A stretch of 20,186 bases of DNA from NCBI GenBank assembly GCA_046075565.1, contig JBJTQJ010000070.1, positions 1-20,186 of the forward strand, in the 5' to 3' direction. Below, one piece after another: positions 16,918-20,186 of this stretch (positions are counted from its first letter, which is position 1; each line of letters opens with the position of its first letter). The notes beneath the pieces are model-generated. The model was not told where the DNA came from and did no database searches. It saw only the letters and a program-made list of their open reading frames with translations. Position numbers and translations under genes: made by a program. Source of the DNA: Verrucomicrobiales bacterium. Its GTDB lineage: Bacteria; Verrucomicrobiota; Verrucomicrobiia; Verrucomicrobiales; SLCJ01.

Positions 16918-18078
16918 ATGTTACCTAGGAAAGTTCTAGCCCATACGCTTGATTTGCTGGATCAATTTCCGGCCGTCGCCTTGCTGGGCCCGCGGCAGGT
17001 CGGTAAAACCACCCTGGCGTTGGAAGTCGCGCGACAAAAGGGGGCTCTTTACCTTGATTTGGAGCATCCGACGGATGCGGGCAAGCTGGCCGACCCGGCT
17101 GACTACCTTGCCCGCCACGAAGGACGGCTGGTCATCCTGGATGAGATCCACCGGCTACCGGAACTGTTTCCCGTGCTGCGCAGCCTGATTGATCGAGCCA
17201 GACGAAAAGGCCACCGAACCGGCCAATTTCTTCTTCTAGGTTCCGCCTCTTTGGATTTGCTTCGCCAGAGCAGCGAAAGTCTGGCGGGAAGGCTGGCCCG
17301 GGTGGAACTCGCCGGCCTGACGGTAGAGGAAACGGGAACAGCGAGCATGGAGAAGTTGTGGCTGCGCGGTGGTTTCCCGGACAGCTTTGTCGCTGCCGAT
17401 GACACTCGCAGCGCCCGCTGGCGGCTTGCCTTTATCCAGACCTATCTGGAAAGGGATATTCCTCTTCTTGGTCCGCGTATTCCGTCCGAGACTTTGCGGA
17501 GGTTCTGGACAATGCTTGCTCACGAACACGGTGGGTTGCTTAACGCGGCCCAGCTTGCCCGCAGTCTCGCCGTGTCCGGGAAAACCATCGCTTCCTACAT
17601 CGATCTTTTCGTGGACCTTTTCCTGCTTCGCCAACTCGATCCGTGGCACACCAGCGGCTCCAAGCGTCTCGTGAAGTCGCCGCGGATCTATCTGCGCGAC
17701 AGTGGACTGCTTCATCTGTTGCTCGGTCTCGGCACGATGGAAGATTTGCTCGGGTATTCACGAATGGGAGCGAGTTGGGAAGGTTTCGCCATCGAGAATA
17801 TCATCACTTCACTGCCCGATGGGGCACGGGCATCATTCTATCGCAGCGCGGTTGGCGCGGAAATCGATCTCGTGCTGGAATTGCCCGGCCATCGCAAACC
17901 CTGGGCAGTGGAAATCAAACGGGGAAGCACGCCGAAGTTGGAACGAGGATTCCATCATGCCCGGGAAGATATCCATCCCGAACGATGTCTGGTGGTTTGC
18001 GATACAGCCGAGCCATTCCCCATGGGCGGGGGTATCGAAGCCATGGGATTAAACCAAGTCCTCAAACTGTTCGGCTGA
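16918..18078 (+). CDS. AAA+ ATPase of AAA_14 + DUF4143 type with C-terminal PD-(D/E)XK-like motif
   Basis: Walker A GPRQVGKTT, Walker B VILDEIH, LLGSAS, SESLAGR, LRGGFP, YLERDI, KRLVKSPRIYLRDSGL, EIDLVL...AVEIK. Confidence 0.93.
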   Translation: MLPRKVLAHTLDLLDQFPAVALLGPRQVGKTTLALEVARQKGALYLDLEHPTDAGKLADPADYLARHEGRLVILDEIHRLPELFPVLRSLIDRARRKGHRTGQFLLLGSASLDLLRQSSESLAGRLARVELAGLTVEETGTASMEKLWLRGGFPDSFVAADDTRSARWRLAFIQTYLERDIPLLGPRIPSETLRRFWTMLAHEHGGLLNAAQLARSLAVSGKTIASYIDLFVDLFLLRQLDPWHTSGSKRLVKSPRIYLRDSGLLHLLLGLGTMEDLLGYSRMGASWEGFAIENIITSLPDGARASFYRSAVGAEIDLVLELPGHRKPWAVEIKRGSTPKLERGFHHAREDIHPERCLVVCDTAEPFPMGGGIEAMGLNQVLKLFG

Positions 18079-18152
18079 TGAACATCGGATCTGCCGAATT
18101 CAAAAAACCAAACCATCTTCTCACCGGGATTATTGAAGGCGAGCGGGCCTAA
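18078..18152 (+). pseudogene. Diverged duplicate of the sulfatase 3' end (24-codon mini-ORF)
   Basis: MNIGSAEFKKPNHLLTGIIEGERA* aligns without gaps to the sulfatase end EFERMKKLLTGIIEGERT (16734-16787). Confidence 0.75.
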
Positions 18153-19661
18153 TCAGTACGCGCGCAGGAGATCGAGAAATGCCCGATCCACGAGCACGCC
18201 GCCGTCTTTTTCGTAGCGAACATCATCTCTTCCGCTATCCAGCGGCCCGAAGCTGCCGCGGAAATTCCACAACGCCCAGCCGACATCATTTTCTTTCCAG
18301 AGGCGGAGTTGGTCGGTGGCCCAGGCGAGCATGACCGCGTGGGGCACGCGGTGGTAGGCACCCCACTCGCCGACCATGAAGCGTCCCCCTTCCTTGCGGA
18401 ATCGCAGCCATGGTTCGAGGTTCTTCTCCAGAATTCCGGCCCCCCCGGCCGCCGGGCCGAGAAGCGAGGTCTTTCCATCCGCCGCCGGAGTCAACGCCAG
18501 TGGTTCCGGCTTTTCCTGCCATCCCTCTTTCAGTGGCTGCACCAGTTCCCGGCCATCGGGCAGACGGAGTCCAAGCTGCCCCAACTGCATCCAGTCACCA
18601 TCGGCCACCCGGATGGAAAGGCGCGAGGCGGCAACCGACAGCGCGATGGATTCGTCTTTCTCGTAGAAGCTGCGGTGGATTTTCCACTCCGGCAGCCACT
18701 CACTGCGTTTCCACTCACCTTTGCCTTCCGGACCAGTCGGGTAAGTTCGGAGAAACACCTGCTTCCCGTCCGCCTCCACAACCAGGGTCGCGCCGGTGGT
18801 CACATGCGACACGCGCAAGTTGAGGCGAGTGCCAGCGGGAAAAGCGCCATCGATGGTGATGGCATGGGAGTGCCCGGGCCGCGAGGGGGATAACAAAGTC
18901 CCGCATACCGCCACCGGAGCCGGCCAACGGGGTTCGGGGAATCGTTCGCCATTCACCCATGGCGCGGCGTAATGAGTCAACTGGAAGGGCTCGTATCCTC
19001 GGGTCATCATGCCGATGCCGATTTGCTTGCAAGCCTCGAGGGGTTTCCTTCCCCATTCCAGTCCGTCCGACCAAATCGGCCGATCCGCATCTTCCGCGCG
19101 GATCGCTCCCACCATCCGGTGCATGATCGGAAGATAGGCTTTTTCCTCCACGCCGGAGGGCTCGTTGAGCAGATTGAAGCTGAGTCGCTCGCCCGGCACG
19201 TCGCGGTATCGCCGGACAAACATCTTCCAATGCGACACCGCCGCGTGCTGCGCCGTGGCATCGGTCCATAGACTTTTGGCCTCGGGTGGTTTCGCGACCG
19301 TGTAGCCCGGAGCACGATGGAGATTGAGGCAAACATGGATCCCGTATTTCTCCCCCAGTGCCACGGCCTGGTCGATCTGCCGGAGCGGGGCTTCGAGGAA
19401 TTTTAACCAGTCCCCGGGATCCACGTATCCGCGGTAGTCCAAAGGCAAACGCACGAAGTTGAATCCCCAATCGCGCAGGCGCTGGAAATCATCCTCGCGG
19501 TAGTGTTCATGTTTTCCCTGGAAAATGAATTTCTCCAGAAGATTGAACCCGCGCCAACGCGGACGCGCCGCGGCTGCCTGCGCAAACGCGGGCCGTCCTA
19601 AGGCACCGAAGGCGAGCGCTCCGGCCATGAGGCCGCTGAAATCCCTGCGCTTTATCGACAT
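18153..19661 (-). CDS. Glycoside hydrolase family 5, Tat-exported
   Basis: Twin-arginine signal KRRDFS...AFA, WRGFNL, WGFNFVRLP, LNLHRAPG, acid/base FNLLNEP, nucleophile MVGEWG, GWALWNFRGSFG. Confidence 0.93.
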   Translation of the reverse strand: MSIKRRDFSGLMAGALAFGALGRPAFAQAAAARPRWRGFNLLEKFIFQGKHEHYREDDFQRLRDWGFNFVRLPLDYRGYVDPGDWLKFLEAPLRQIDQAVALGEKYGIHVCLNLHRAPGYTVAKPPEAKSLWTDATAQHAAVSHWKMFVRRYRDVPGERLSFNLLNEPSGVEEKAYLPIMHRMVGAIRAEDADRPIWSDGLEWGRKPLEACKQIGIGMMTRGYEPFQLTHYAAPWVNGERFPEPRWPAPVAVCGTLLSPSRPGHSHAITIDGAFPAGTRLNLRVSHVTTGATLVVEADGKQVFLRTYPTGPEGKGEWKRSEWLPEWKIHRSFYEKDESIALSVAASRLSIRVADGDWMQLGQLGLRLPDGRELVQPLKEGWQEKPEPLALTPAADGKTSLLGPAAGGAGILEKNLEPWLRFRKEGGRFMVGEWGAYHRVPHAVMLAWATDQLRLWKENDVGWALWNFRGSFGPLDSGRDDVRYEKDGGVLVDRAFLDLLRAY

Positions 19662-19877
19662 GGTTCAATCGGCCGATCCTCCGGCGTGGGACTCATTCAG
19701 CCATGCTTACGCGAGTTTGTCCACGAGAATCTGCGGCCCCCTGCCCTCATCGGGAAGTTGTTTGTTTTTGCTCTGCGGCGAGGTGTTTCAGCAGACCAAA
19801 TTCCCAATAGTATTGTTCCGGTATCTACCGGTTATGGACACTGCCTGGGAGCATTCCTCGGAGTCGTCGCAAGAACG

Positions 19878-19928
19878 TCGAAGCCTTCTTGCCCTTCGAA
19901 GCCTTGGCGAAGTAGGGGGCGAAGTAGG
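19878..19928. repeat. Self-nested short palindromic element
   Basis: TCGAAGCCTT[CTTGCCCTTCGAAGCCTTGGCGAAGTAGGG]GGCGAAGTAGG: a full copy sits between the two halves of another copy. Confidence 0.7.
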
Positions 19929-20053
19929 CCCGGTCTTGCCCTCGGACCTGTAGCCGGGAGGTCCGGAACGACATCATGATATCGACCTTGCGGAAGCGGT
20001 CGGCGAAGTGACTCCGGAGCGACGATTGGTTGAATCGCGTTCGACATCCGTCC

Positions 20054-20157
20054 CCAAAGCGGTGTCGTCCCCGACAGGTCGGGGTTGCCACCGCACTCCG
20101 ACACACTCGCTTGGGCAGTCGCTGTGTTGGACTGCGCCGGCTGTGACGGCGCTTTCG
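20054..20157. repeat. Two REP-like palindromic units in opposite orientation
   Basis: Minus strand GGAGT-GCGGTG-GC...GA-CACCGC-TTT (20056-20099) and plus strand GGACT-GCGCCG-GC...GA-CGGCGC-TTT (20129-20155). Confidence 0.7.
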
Positions 20158-20186
20158 GTTGTGGAGCACGGCGACTCGTGCGGCAC

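Noticed and set aside
19860-20186. CRISPR array or short ORFs in the terminal intergenic region
   Set aside because: The repeats are palindromic or nested rather than regularly spaced direct repeats, no cas genes are present, and the ORFs cross the palindromes and lack motifs.

Overview
GC-rich bacterial chromosomal window. The gene repertoire and repeat types suggest Verrucomicrobiota, but that is inference. It holds about 15 credible protein genes: an exported DUF1444-like protein; ruvA followed 3 nt later by an uncharacterised ATP-grasp-like ligase; a metallophosphoesterase; an exported Lys/Glu/Ala-rich repeat protein; an orphan sdhB/frdB; a PLD-domain / YkgJ-like / cutC / MlrC-type run; an RHS/YD remnant; a DUF900-type alpha/beta hydrolase; a stand-alone NdvB-type GH94; a sulfatase; an AAA+/DUF4143-type ATPase; and a Tat-exported GH5. 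I found no tRNA, rRNA, CRISPR array, integrase or transposase, and no complete novel system can be demonstrated from sequence alone. The most unusual signals seen directly are: (i) a diverged in-frame copy of the sulfatase C-terminus on the far side of the ATPase gene; (ii) a palindromic operator over the apparently leaderless ATPase promoter; (iii) a repeated promoter-to-start-codon geometry implying leaderless mRNAs; (iv) REP-like palindromes, including a covarying pair and a self-nested unit; (v) recurring K/R-G-F-F amphipathic motifs in the repeat protein; (vi) a hairpin cluster at 9891-10074. All family calls come from motif recognition, not database searches.
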